A stretch of DNA of 63,983 bases, counting the filler, from Reticulomyxa filosa (lineage: Eukaryota > Protista > Foraminifera), in assembly GCA_000512085.1 (NCBI GenBank). It is 10 parts of 10 records of this genome, joined end to end, with 100 filler letters (N's around TTAATTAATTAA, not from the genome) between each part and the next. Parts side by side here need not be neighbours in the genome. Positions count along the whole stretch, not along the records: positions 1 to 16,602 come from ASPP01028985.1; positions 16,703 to 21,980 come from ASPP01011708.1; positions 22,081 to 34,594 come from ASPP01013668.1; 7 more parts are not named here. One strand, 5' to 3'. How positions within the stretch are numbered: the stretch's first letter is position 1; the number at the start of each line of letters is the position of its first letter. A program made the translations under genes and the position numbers. This document shows positions 12,439 through 23,136 of this stretch, one piece after another. A model generated the notes under the pieces. That model ran no database searches, was not told the DNA's origin, and saw nothing but the letters and a program-made list of their open reading frames with translations.

Positions 12439-13670
12439 TACGGGTGCAATATTATCATTTGCAGTTTACTCGTGAGCGAGCGGTGACCACGACAAAAGAT
12501 GTGATATCTTCGGTGAAAGAAAGAAAAAAGTCAAATCCACCACCGCCTTTAAATGAGTTTTTAAATCGCAAAAATGAAAGCAACAAACAAAAAACTCGGC
12601 CGTTACCGAGGAAGCCGATGAAATATCTCGTGGACTTGACAAAGAGACCCCTGGGGTTTGACATTTGCCCTTACAATTGCATGAGCTCTCGTATCGATAT
12701 CTCCCTGGCGTGTCCGGGTCGTCTTCCCTTTCTGCCGAGTTTACGTCGGGACAAGAATTGATCGCCAGCGATTCACTTACTTTTCAACACTCACATCTCC
12801 ACTCTCAATCCCATCCCCATTTCTCTTCCAATTCCAACTCTAATTCCAATTCCAATTCCAACTCCAATGCTAATTCCAATATCAATACTACGAATACGAA
12901 TACGAATACCAATGTCAATACGAATATAACTTCTAGTTCGACGTCTCATGCACCACCGCCTCCACCACCACCTCCACCACCTCCTCCTCCTCCTTCCGTA
13001 CATAATCACTCGCCTCCTCTTCCCTCTCTTCCTCCTCTTCCTCCGCCGCCTCCTCCACCACCGCCTCTTCCTTTGTCCTCGCGTCGCAGCAATCCAAGCA
13101 CTCCGCTGCCAACGCCAGCATCGACTCCGGCGCCAACTCCAGCGCCGACGCCAGCGCCGACGCCAATGCCAATGCTTATGACGATTGTAGTGCCAGGGCC
13201 AGAGGATATATCTTTTGACCACGATAATGAAGACAATCCAGAGGAGGAGGAAAAGTTTGCAAATGAAAGCAAAACCGTGAGTGATCAAAGCCAAAATTCC
13301 ACCATCAATGCTTACATATGTAACATCGAACCCAATGTATCTTTTGAAATATTCGAAGGATCGATGATCACATCAATCAATGGCAAAGATGTTGTCGGAA
13401 TGCCCTTTAAGGATATTTTCAAAATCCTTCATAGTGAAATGTTGCCTATTCGCTTAGAATTAGCCAGAGTTTTGTTTTTTTTTTTTTTTTTCTATTATTT
13501 ATGTGCTCACTTTTTTTTTTTTTTTGTTCGCACAGCCTTTGAAACCGGGACGAGCCCTTTCGTCATTGGCACCTATCGGTTTACATGAGCAACACTTACT
13601 ATCCAAAGACGAAGCAGATCGCAAATTGAATAAAAAATCGTTTTGGTCCGCTGTTTTTAATTCAAGATAA
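8694..13670 (+). CDS. Large protein: two N-terminal CAP-Gly domains, long disordered region, C-terminal PDZ-like domain
   Basis: CAP-Gly1 GIVKYIG...WLGIEL...GKHDGKV...YF...HGIFV (8694-8930). CAP-Gly2 GRVRFVG...WYGIEL...GNTDGTI..YF...GVFVR (9120-9365). Low-complexity exons 9541-12310. PDZ-like halves YLVDLTKRPLGFDI (about 12625) and AYICNI...GSMITSINGKDVVGMPFKDIFKIL...LPIRLELAR (about 13310-13470). The last exon and stop are approximate. Confidence 0.75.
10089..11010 (+). repeat. Cluster of coding microsatellites
   Basis: (GAT)n poly-D, (AATAATCGT)7 = NNR, (AAC/AAT)n, (CAT)n, 12-mer GTAGCAACAGAT = VATD and DMDI repeats, all in frame in ORF 9541..11793. Confidence 0.9.
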
Positions 13671-14299
13671 GATAAAAAAAAAAAAAAACAACAAAAAGCA
13701 CAACTGGCAGTCATTTAATAAATGTAAAGACTTTTGTTTGTTTATTTTATTCTTTTTTATCACACTTCTCACATTCTCATTTGAGAATTTTTTTTTTCCC
13801 TTGTTTTTTGTTTTGCGTGTACGTGGGAGCTAAACGTCACATTGCTCCTTAAAACTGTGCACATTGTTTTTTGTATTGCTCTGTTTTTTCCAATTTTTAC
13901 GCCAGTGCTTGTCTTTGTGTTGTAAGTGGCTTCCTGTCTTCATTGTCTTTCACTATTTTTTTAAAATTCCCTTTCTGCCATGCTGGTTTTTCTATTGAAT
14001 TTTTTGTTTGTTTTGTTTTAGATTTCCCACATACGTGGGACACTCTTTTTTTGAAAATATCTTGTTTTTCTTTTCAACTTAAATGAAAATAACATAAAAA
14101 TTTAAACATGGCACAATCTTGAGCTGTTGATTAACGATTAAATATACGTAATGTTGCGCTATCATATTTTCTCAAACATATCGTTCTTGAATGACAACTT
14201 AAAGAAGAAATTTAACCGTACAAATGAAATCACAATAAAGTTTACTTATTTTGCATCTATCAATATTTACGCTTATAGCTTTCAACTTCTTAATACAAC

Positions 14300-16590
14300 T
14301 AAAAATCAAAACAAAATTTTGTATATCTCAATATATGTATACACTTATGTATATTCATTAAGGGAATGTTAAGGAACTTTTTTGTAACATCCAATTTCAC
14401 TAACATCGTTTTACGTACCAAAATTGTTATAAGCACATACTCCAGTGAAGGTATAATCACTACTTTGTAAAATTTAATCTGCGTTTTTATATCTAATTTT
14501 CCACCAATTATCACAAATGATATGTTTTGATAAATTACATCTTTGGTTTTTTCAATTCTTTTGTGTACGTGCTCTTTCCATGAGAATGTACATTAATTGA
14601 ATTTGACACACATATATAAATTCGCGTGATATATCCATTATGCACATTGCATTTCTGTGTTGTTTGATTTGTTGGATATTCTTTGATGACGCTATGCAAC
14701 TTTTGTTTGTGTTTATTTTATCTTCCATTTGTTAAAATAGTTTTTCACTACTTTCAAGATTTCGTCATTTTCTCAATTTCATTCGATAATACCAAAATGT
14801 CATTGTCATATAAACAAGTAGGCATCTTTATATTGTAGATGTACTTTTCCGTTTTATTATTATTATTTATTTCCTTGATTATGTCATTTATATATATGTT
14901 AAATAATAGGCCACTCAATGAATATCCTTGTCCTGCTCCGCTTTTATCTGGAAAGGTATACAGCCCCAATCTCCATGTGTCACTATCAACTTACTTTGTG
15001 TGATCATTGAACGTAGTAACTGGAACAGTTTGCCTTTTATTCCGACGTTGTATAATTTGTACATTATGCCATCTGACATACGCTGTCAAATACTTTATTA
15101 ATGTCTAGTAATGTATATATCAGTTCTATTTTTACTATGAATTTTTTATAGTATGTTATTATCCTTAAGATAACTATATTATCATCGATACCTTTGTTTT
15201 TCATAAAACCTCATTGTTCATCACAGATTACTTGCTCCAGTATTGGCCAAATCCTATTTAGGATTGCCTTATCGAGAATTGATAACAATGCGGATTTTAA
15301 TCTGATTCCTCTAATGTCCTTGTAATCCACAACTAACTCCTTTTTTGGTAGACTAACCATTTTGGATGTTAGCCATTAATTTGGTGAGTCTTGTCCGTCA
15401 CATGACGTATTTATAACTTTTGTGATCTCATTTGGAATTGTCTTTACTAATAGGCCAATTAGTTCGTTTGGTAGGCTGTCCAGTAATGTTGCTTTATTTT
15501 TGGCATGTTCATACCAATGTCCAAGATCTCCATTGTTCCAAATCGCCTGTCTAATATTGGATCGTATTTCAAATATGTTTTTGAAGGTATTCTTTTACTT
15601 TATTTCTTATCTCGGTTTTCCATTCATTATTATTACTTTCAGTATGTTTGAATAGATTTATATAATGATTTCCAAGTAGCATACAATTTTCGATATCCGA
15701 ATGAATTGCTTTGCCAGTTTCGTTATGTAATATTATTTGGTTCCTTGGTTTGATATTTCTTATTATATTATAAAATTTATTTTCATTTTTCTCATTTATA
15801 TTTTTTTGCATCTTTTTTATTATTTTATCAACTTCAAGTTTGTCGTGTAATTCTTTGTATTTTTTATACTTCTCCATTAGGTGTTTAATCAATTCGCTTG
15901 GGGCATTATTCTTTAGGCATATAGTTAATAATTTTATGTTATCATGTATGCTATCATTATGGTGGTAAATTATAGTTTCTCCATCTCTTCATTGATCTAT
16001 TCGAATTGCCGCATTTCTAATTATGATATCATATATATCCCACATGAATATTTCATATATTTGATTATTGTCTAAGTGGTATTGTGCATTTATCTGTGTA
16101 AGTTTATCTATTCTTTTAGCTATATGTTCTATTGTTTTTTTAATATATTGATATCCCTTGTTATTGTGATTTTTGGTAGTTTTGGTAATTTTAGGTTTTC
16201 ATTCAGACTTTTTCAGTTTATTTCAAATGATACTTTAATAGGAAAATGATCTGATCCAGTGAATATCTGCAGTACCTCCATTGATGGATTGAAGATGTCC
16301 CATTTTGGTTTATTATTGCGTAGTCTATCATTGATCATGTCAGTTCTTGTTCTTTATTATTGTGATATGTTCTTTGTCATTTTGCATTTACTATATTTAA
16401 TATTTTAAGGTTGTTTGTTCTGCAACACTTTTAATAGTCACCATTACTATTTTGCTATTTTATCTCATGTTTCTAACATTCTTGCGTTCAAGTCTCCCAT
16501 TATCAATATCGCGTAGTTCATTATATTAAATATTTGTACCAAATTATCAATTGTATGTATTGCATTATTAATTATTTCGTTATTTATGAT
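14300..16590 (-). mobile_element. Decayed APE-type non-LTR retrotransposon (LINE), ORF2 remnant
   Basis: Minus-strand motifs in canonical order, broken by stops and frameshifts. APE: GDLNAR (about 16490), MIDY, TGSDHFP (about 16250). RT: DIRGIRL..LLSILDK, EQ*GF, LDINKVFDSV, GAGQGYSLSGLLFNIYINDI, LYDND (degenerate YADD). Confidence 0.85.
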
Positions 16591-16591
16591 A

Positions 16592-16602
16592 CAGTAGGTT
16601 GC
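16592..16602 (+). repeat. TIR end of TA-CAGTA family DNA transposon, truncated by contig end
   Basis: TA|CAGTAGGTTGC. The same 11-mer ends the contig at 39417-39427 and resembles TIR copies ending at 22183 and 22752 and starting at 39236. Confidence 0.6.
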
Positions 16603-16702
16603 NNNNNNNNNNNNNNNNNNNNNNNNNNNNNNNNNNNNNNNNNNNNTTAATTAATTAANNNNNNNNNNNNNNNNNNNNNNNNNNNNNNNNNNNNNNNNNN
16701 NN
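16603..16702. other. Artificial contig spacer
   Basis: 44 N + TTAATTAATTAA + 44 N. The same spacer recurs at 21981-22080, 34595-34694, 39428-39527, 42933-43032, 46504-46603, 48230-48329, 55475-55574 and 61896-61995. Confidence 0.98.
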
Positions 16703-17471
16703 CAAAATCAAAATCAAAATCAAAATCAAAATCAAAATCAAAAGCAGAAACAAAGTGAGATATCAACTCAGACACACAAACAAGGTTCCTCATCTGCCGA
16801 ACAGCGTCGTAACTGGGCCCAAGTTTTGAAACCAAAAAAGAAAAAAAAAACAACAGAAAAAAACGCCCCCGACAAAAGTCCGAGCAAGAATTTGAACTTG
16901 AGCGTGAATGTAAATTTGAACGCTCATTTGCCAAACTTGAAAAGCCAAAAGCACACTACTAGTGCCCCAGTTCGCCTCTCCAAGGCCTCGAAGGTGCTGT
17001 CTCCTATCAAAGTGAAAGACGTTGCGCTCGTACGCAGTCCCCGCCAACACGACGCCCTCCCCACAACCCAAGCTGAACTTCTCAAGCCCAAACCCCAATC
17101 TGAACCTCAACCTCAATCTGCTGAAACTATGCAAGAACATGAAAACATGTTTCAATCCCCACTTGCAATGAAAAGGTCGACATCCATTCCTCAAGGTATT
17201 CTTTTTTTTTTTTTTCAACTAATATATACATATATGTATATATATTTTATTTTTTTTTGTTTGTTTGTATGTAGATGAGAGAAAAAATGACAAAGAATCG
17301 GAAGTGCTGAAACGAAAGAAAGAGGAAAAAAAAAAGGGGGGAAAGACGAAACAAGTGAACGTGATAAGTGGTAGTGAGAACAATAATGAGAAAGAGACGA
17401 GAACAGATCCAGCACAAGTGCAAGGACAAGGACAAGGACAAGGGCGCCAACCGGAAAACAAGAATAATGAC

Positions 17472-17506
<35 letters not shown>

Positions 17507-18928
17507 GAAAAAGAAAAAAGAGGAACAGAGACTGATGATGAGTAATGAAGAAGAGATTCATTACCAGACATTGGCAAAGAGCATCGAGCACAAAGGATCA
17601 TTTTCGAATTCGCTTCCAAACATTGCGTTGCTGGGAAGTGAAAACGAGACCAGCAAACTGGCTTTGGAACATAGACTGGCATTGGGCGAAATCAAGTCTC
17701 CGGAAAGCGACGGCGAGTCATCCAATCAAACGGGGACCAGTGTCACGATTGCAACTGTTGGAGTGGTACCCATGACATTACCTTTTCAAACTGGAGTTCA
17801 AACGCAAAATCAAAATCGAAATCGAAATGGAAATCGAAATGAAAATCGAAATCGGGTTCCATTACGCCCTCTTCCTCCTCAATCGCACGTGCCTGTCCCC
17901 GTACCTGCAGCAGCGTCTGCACTAATATTTTCGCCGACGTTTTCAATGATAAAACCAGGAGGCAATGGAAAGTCGTTGATATCGACTAATGTGCCTTCAA
18001 TCCCTTCGGCTCCTTCGCTTCCTTCTATTCCGCATCCTCATGGACGCACGGACACGCCCAGCTTGAGCGGCAACGACAAGGCCGCAACGGCGACTACGTT
18101 TACCCCGATTCTGGCTCCACTTTCTGTGGATCAATCGCGGCGCACAAGCATGCTTAGCAAGTCCAACCCGCAAAGTGCAGAACCACAACTGTCGCAATCG
18201 ATGGTTCGCGACTTTTCGCACAGCGAAACGACCAAGAACAACACTCAGCGGAGTTTGTTCTCGCGAACCGATTCTCCTTTGCTTTTCAATCACATTTACA
18301 ACAATGAGGAAGGCCAACAAACTGGTTTTTTCCAATTTGGTAATTTTTTTTTTTTTTATTTCAATTATATAATACAAATATACATATATATATATACATA
18401 TATATGTATATGTATATGTATATGTATATAATCTTTATTTATGTCAATTGAAATCGGTCTTATATGGGGACAGAACACATGCTGACGGATTTGTCGTTGA
18501 CACCGCCCCAAGCAAATATCAAGAATGAAATCGATCCGAGCACGACAACAGGCAGCGGTATGATGTTGGCGAAGAGTCATGCCGAAGTGCAAGAGACAGA
18601 CATCATTGCCGTGTTGGATGACCACGACGTGGACGATTCCAACGAACGGACTTCCATTATTGGCTTACCGGTCACATATAACCATAGCACTCTCTCCAGC
18701 TCAACTCAATCGTATCAGAGACTGAGTTCGATTAAAAACGCCTTTCCGAAAGTCGAAAAAGCTTCCAAAAAATCAAAACTCGACAACCGCTCCACTGTTC
18801 CACATGTTGCAAATTCCAAACGCACTCAAACCATTCCAAACCGCACCAATCCCCCCGATCCTTTGCACACGAAAAAAAGTACTAACCGCAACGTCAAAGT
18901 ACGTGACAAAAGTAACTATCGAAAGTAA
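16703..18928 (+). CDS. 3' part of a hypothetical low-complexity (S/P/N/K-rich) protein, three exons
   Basis: ORFs 16826..17278, 17265..18431 and 18464..18928 are separated by GT-initiated T-run/TATA-microsatellite introns (about 17196-17274 and from about 18340). 5' end truncated by the spacer. Confidence 0.6.
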
Positions 18929-20679
18929 GAAAGCTCACTTTCAATTGGTTGCGTCAATGTCGTTGTTATACATATTCATTAGTTATAATTTAAACTTTTT
19001 TTCTTATTTTTTATTTTTTTATTTTTTTTTGATTTGATTTGGTCTGGCTTGTCGTTTTATTTTGTTTGTTTTTTTTTTTTTGCTGTGTTTGTTTTGTTTA
19101 TTATAATATTATTGCAAGACAAGAATGGTTGACAATTGTTGTGCATATTTTTGTTCATACTTTCGTCTTTCTTTGCTGCTTTAGCCCTTTTCCCTTCTCT
19201 TTTAGATGGGTCTCACTACTTTTTTTTTTTTGGTCTAAAAAAAATTGTGTTTGTTTCGTTAGTATTTTTCATTGTTTGTCGATATTTCTTTTTTTTTAAG
19301 GAAATTGTCCTGAGATGTGAGTATTCAATTTTATATTTTTTCCATCGTTTTGTTTTCCTTCTTCAATGAATGTCAAAACTTATGTCCTCCAACTCAGCTC
19401 AATTATTGGAAAAATAGTCGACAATATTTATTTGTTCATGTGTTTGCTTTTTTGTTATTTTTTTAGTTTTTCTCATTTCTTTCAATAAAGTAGAGTATGG
19501 CATTTACGTTCAGCTTTATTGGTTGTCATTTTCTCGCGTGTTATCCGCCTTGTTGGATTAATTTTTTTTTTGTCTCGGTTTTTGTGTTTGTGTTATTTTT
19601 ATTTGTCCTCAACGGCACATTTTAACTTGGCTGGTTATGTTGAGTAAAATCTTTTTTTTTGTTGATTTTTTTCCTTTACAATCACCAATTTTAAACACCA
19701 ACAACCTATTTTCTCAATTCGGAGTTGGCTTGTTTTTGGTGCTTTTGTAACATCTTTTTTTGTTTGTTTTTGTGCCTGCTTTCAAATATTGTTTGTTTCC
19801 TTTCTCATCTGTGAACAACATTTTCCCCTTTTTGCATTTGTTTCACTGATAGTGTGTCTTTTGTTTATGTGATACATTTCATTCAAACCGACAAGGTGTT
19901 GAGTGGTTCTCCACGACGCGAAGCCATTTTAAAACTACAATTGAATCTCTGTCACTGATAAATAATCAAAGAATTCTTTGTTGTTTTGCTTGATTTGAGG
20001 TAAAAATTTTTTATGTGATTTATCTGGCAAGCAAGACATTGCGCAAACTGATAATTTTACAATTCAAACTATAGATAACACGCAAAAGAAAGTCACTTGT
20101 TTTTTTAGTGTAATTTTGGGACTTGTAATGTTGTTTTTATTGTAAAACTTGGTAAAAAAATTTAGTTACTTGAGAACTGAAATATGTTCATTCAAACAAT
20201 CCCAGAACTGGTGTTATATGTAAATGCTTTTATTTAATATTTATTTTTTAAAATAAAGCGAGTTGAGTAAGAAATTCCCCTCTCAAAACAAAAAAAATTT
20301 TATCCAAAAAACTATACTCCAAAAAAAATTTGATATTATAGAGTGAATTTTTTCATTTCATATAACAGAATTACAAATACAACTATATTTCTTTTTGTCC
20401 ATTTATAATTTATCAGAAAGAAAAATTTTTAAATATACAAAATATAATGCTACTTTCTCAAAAACATAAACACGTGAAAGGTTTAAAAAAATTGTAATTG
20501 ACACAGAACTTTTTAAGTTTTTTTATTCATAATAACATAACTACGAACTAAAGAAGAATGTCTTACAATGCTTTGTTTCCATTGAAAAAGAAGTTCATAA
20601 AGTAACACTTGTTTTTCTGAGATTAAAAAGATTGAAAGAAAATGTATTAGATACTGTTAACTTTAAAACAAAAATAAAA

Positions 20680-21925
20680 ATAACAATTGATTAACAAAAT
20701 AGACAATGATGAAAATAAATATCCAGAAGATGAAAAAAAAGAGGAAAACGAAAATGAATTATACAGAATAGTAAATCCGTTAGTGATGTTAACATGAACT
20801 TCGAAATATAAAAGCTTATATAATTTGAAGTAAGTGAACTATATTTAATGATACTTCGAAATTTACTTGAAGAAGTATATGTATAAGAAATACATCGTAA
20901 TTATGATCTAAATAAATATGAGACTGAATCATTGACATTAAAGCAATTAAATTTGTTTTTGATAAAATACCATACAAATTTAGTTAAAGCAAATAATAAT
21001 GAAAAGAATTATGATTTATTAATTTATATTGTGTGGTTATTGTAATACAACATCAAAAGAATGATATACATTAATAACATATACAAACTGTTTTAAAAAA
21101 TACATAATTATTTGCACATGATACAAATAAACATAATATATATATTAAAAACGCATATTGAGTAAATTAGCAACAATTACTGAAAAATTAATATTTGATT
21201 AAATAAATTCAGATAAATGAAAAGGAAGTTATTTTACTGAATGTTTTCGTAATATAATGTCACAAAATATTAAATCAAAATCATTAAATGATAATTTAAT
21301 ATTAATTTCTAAATTGGTTAAACAAAAATCATTGGACAAATTATTCAAATTACTACAGCTTGTGATTGAAATATTTTCATGTGTGTCAACAACTATTATT
21401 TATTAAATACAAATACTGAAATTGATAAAGACCATTCATGGACTAAAGCAAACAAAAAATACATAAAATGGTAAATGAAATCATTAATAACAAAATAAGG
21501 AATTATCGTTGTTGCAACAAATATTGACGAATTAACAAGATTAAATAATCAATTATATCAAGATCAATCGGTTATTCTTTATCACTTCCGTTCTAATGTC
21601 TTTACTTACCTTTGGCCTATTGATATAGAAAATTTAGTGGAATGAGAAAAATGCATTAAAAATATCAAAGTTGAATGAAGCAATTCAATTATTTCGTTTT
21701 GTACTTTGTTTTAGATTACAAACATCATATGATTATCACATTGATATTGCAACATCTTATGATTGGCTAGGCATATCATATGATGGCCAAGGAGAATATG
21801 ACAAAGCAATAGAATATTATGAAAAGTCATTAAAAATAGATTGAATAAATTGGGACATGCTCATTCTGATGTTGCTACTTCATACAACAATTTAGGACTT
21901 GTTTATGGCAATAAAGGAAAATAAA
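20680..21925 (+). pseudogene. Pseudogene of a caspase-like-domain + TPR-repeat protein
   Basis: About 21730-21925 encodes TPR repeats HIDIATSYDWLGISYDGQGEYDKAIEYYEKSLKI/LNKLGHAHSDVATSYNNLGLVYGNKGK* with a frameshift. About 20760-21045 encodes IVNPLVMLT*TSKY...SLTLKQLNLFL...NYDLLI..CGY, resembling a caspase/HetF-fold N-terminal half. Many stops. Confidence 0.65.
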
Positions 21926-22080
21926 TAGAATTAAATGAATTTATATACTTGATAGACTTAGTTGCACAAAAAAAAAAAAANNNNNNNNNNNNNNNNNNNN
22001 NNNNNNNNNNNNNNNNNNNNNNNNTTAATTAATTAANNNNNNNNNNNNNNNNNNNNNNNNNNNNNNNNNNNNNNNNNNNN

Positions 22081-22183
22081 TTTTAAAAAAAAAATTAAGT
22101 TAAAATCTTTATTTTTCATGGAGAAAATCGATTCTATTAATATAGTGCCATTTAGGTATGGATGTTTTTTTTGCAATCTACTG
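22081..22183 (-). repeat. Terminal about 100 bp of TA-CAGTA family (Tc1/mariner-type) element
   Basis: Reverse complement CAGTAGATTGCAAAAAAAACATCCATACC...AATAGAATCGATTTTCTCCATGAAAAATAAAGATTT, flanked by TA at 22184-22185. Aligns with 39236-39335. Confidence 0.75.
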
Positions 22184-22644
22184 TAACTACTGCAAGTTCT
22201 AATTCGCTAACTGGACGTTTAACTTCTTCTTGGATACTTTGTCTTTGACTGCTTAGCAGAAATCTATAATATTTTGTTTCACTTCGTGCAAATTCATCTT
22301 TAAAATTTCTTTGTTTATTCTGTTTTCTTTGGAGCTAGATCATTTTCAGTTTATTAACTTTTGTTTTGAGGAAATTCATTCTAGATAGTGTTCAAACACT
22401 TTCAGACTTATATAGTGTTAACCTTATCTACATTTGATACACTGCTACTGCGATCTGAACCAATCATGTCATCACTACAAGATCAATTAAAGTCATCATT
22501 AGTCAGTGAAAAGTTCTTAGAAAAAGGGTACAATAGTCATATCAGTTAAACTATTTCGAAATCAAATTTCAAAATTATAACAAAAATCTTAAAGATACAA
22601 CGGAACAATACTAAAATATTGTTTTTATTTAAAAAATTTTTTAC

Positions 22645-22752
22645 TATTTTTTATATATTTTTAAAAAAATTAGTTTTAAATTTTTGTTTTTATACAGAAA
22701 ATAGATCATCTTCATCATATGACTTTGGTGTTGTAATTTTTGCAACATACTG
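22645..22752 (-). repeat. Second terminal copy of TA-CAGTA family element
   Basis: Reverse complement CAGTATGTTGCAAAAATTACAACACC...GATCTATTTTCTGTATAAAAACAAAAATTTAAAACTAATTTTTT, flanked by TA at 22753-22754. Confidence 0.65.
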
Positions 22753-23136
22753 TACAATTATTAAGATATAAATTAAACCGATTGTAGACTATTGATATGA
22801 AAAACGTTGGGGATTTAGCTGCTAATATAGAATTCAAATGAATAATTAGAAAACGTTAACATTTTTGATATCAAATGCACGATATTGAAAAGTGTAAACA
22901 TATACAGATAGAAAGTCGCGACATCACAAATAACACAACCAATTATTGAATTAAAATTAACAATCATAAGATCTGTCCCAATTGAATCTGTATTGCTGTA
23001 AATTACGTTAAGTTTCAGTGAAAACAAAAACGACGTAATTCATAGGGAGAAGAAAAAAAGGATGGCAACAAACAAATCAAAAAGAAGATATGCTCCAGTA
23101 CACTGACTCTATAGCAAACAAAAAAAGACCATATTG

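Noticed and set aside
16603-16702. Regularly recurring TTAATTAATTAA palindrome in N-runs, and ORFs ending in X...LIN
   Set aside because: Artificial contig linker (stops in all six frames) repeated nine times. It is not biological, and adjacency across it carries no information.
18930-20400. Long T-rich tract with hydrophobic ORFs (19039..19299, 19136..19369)
   Set aside because: F/L/V/C-rich translations are a by-product of T-rich 3' UTR or intergenic DNA.
20480-21925. In-frame TAA/TGA in recognisable protein remnants as an alternative genetic code
   Set aside because: The same regions also have frameshifts, and intact genes in the window end normally at TAA, TAG and TGA, so these are pseudogenes.
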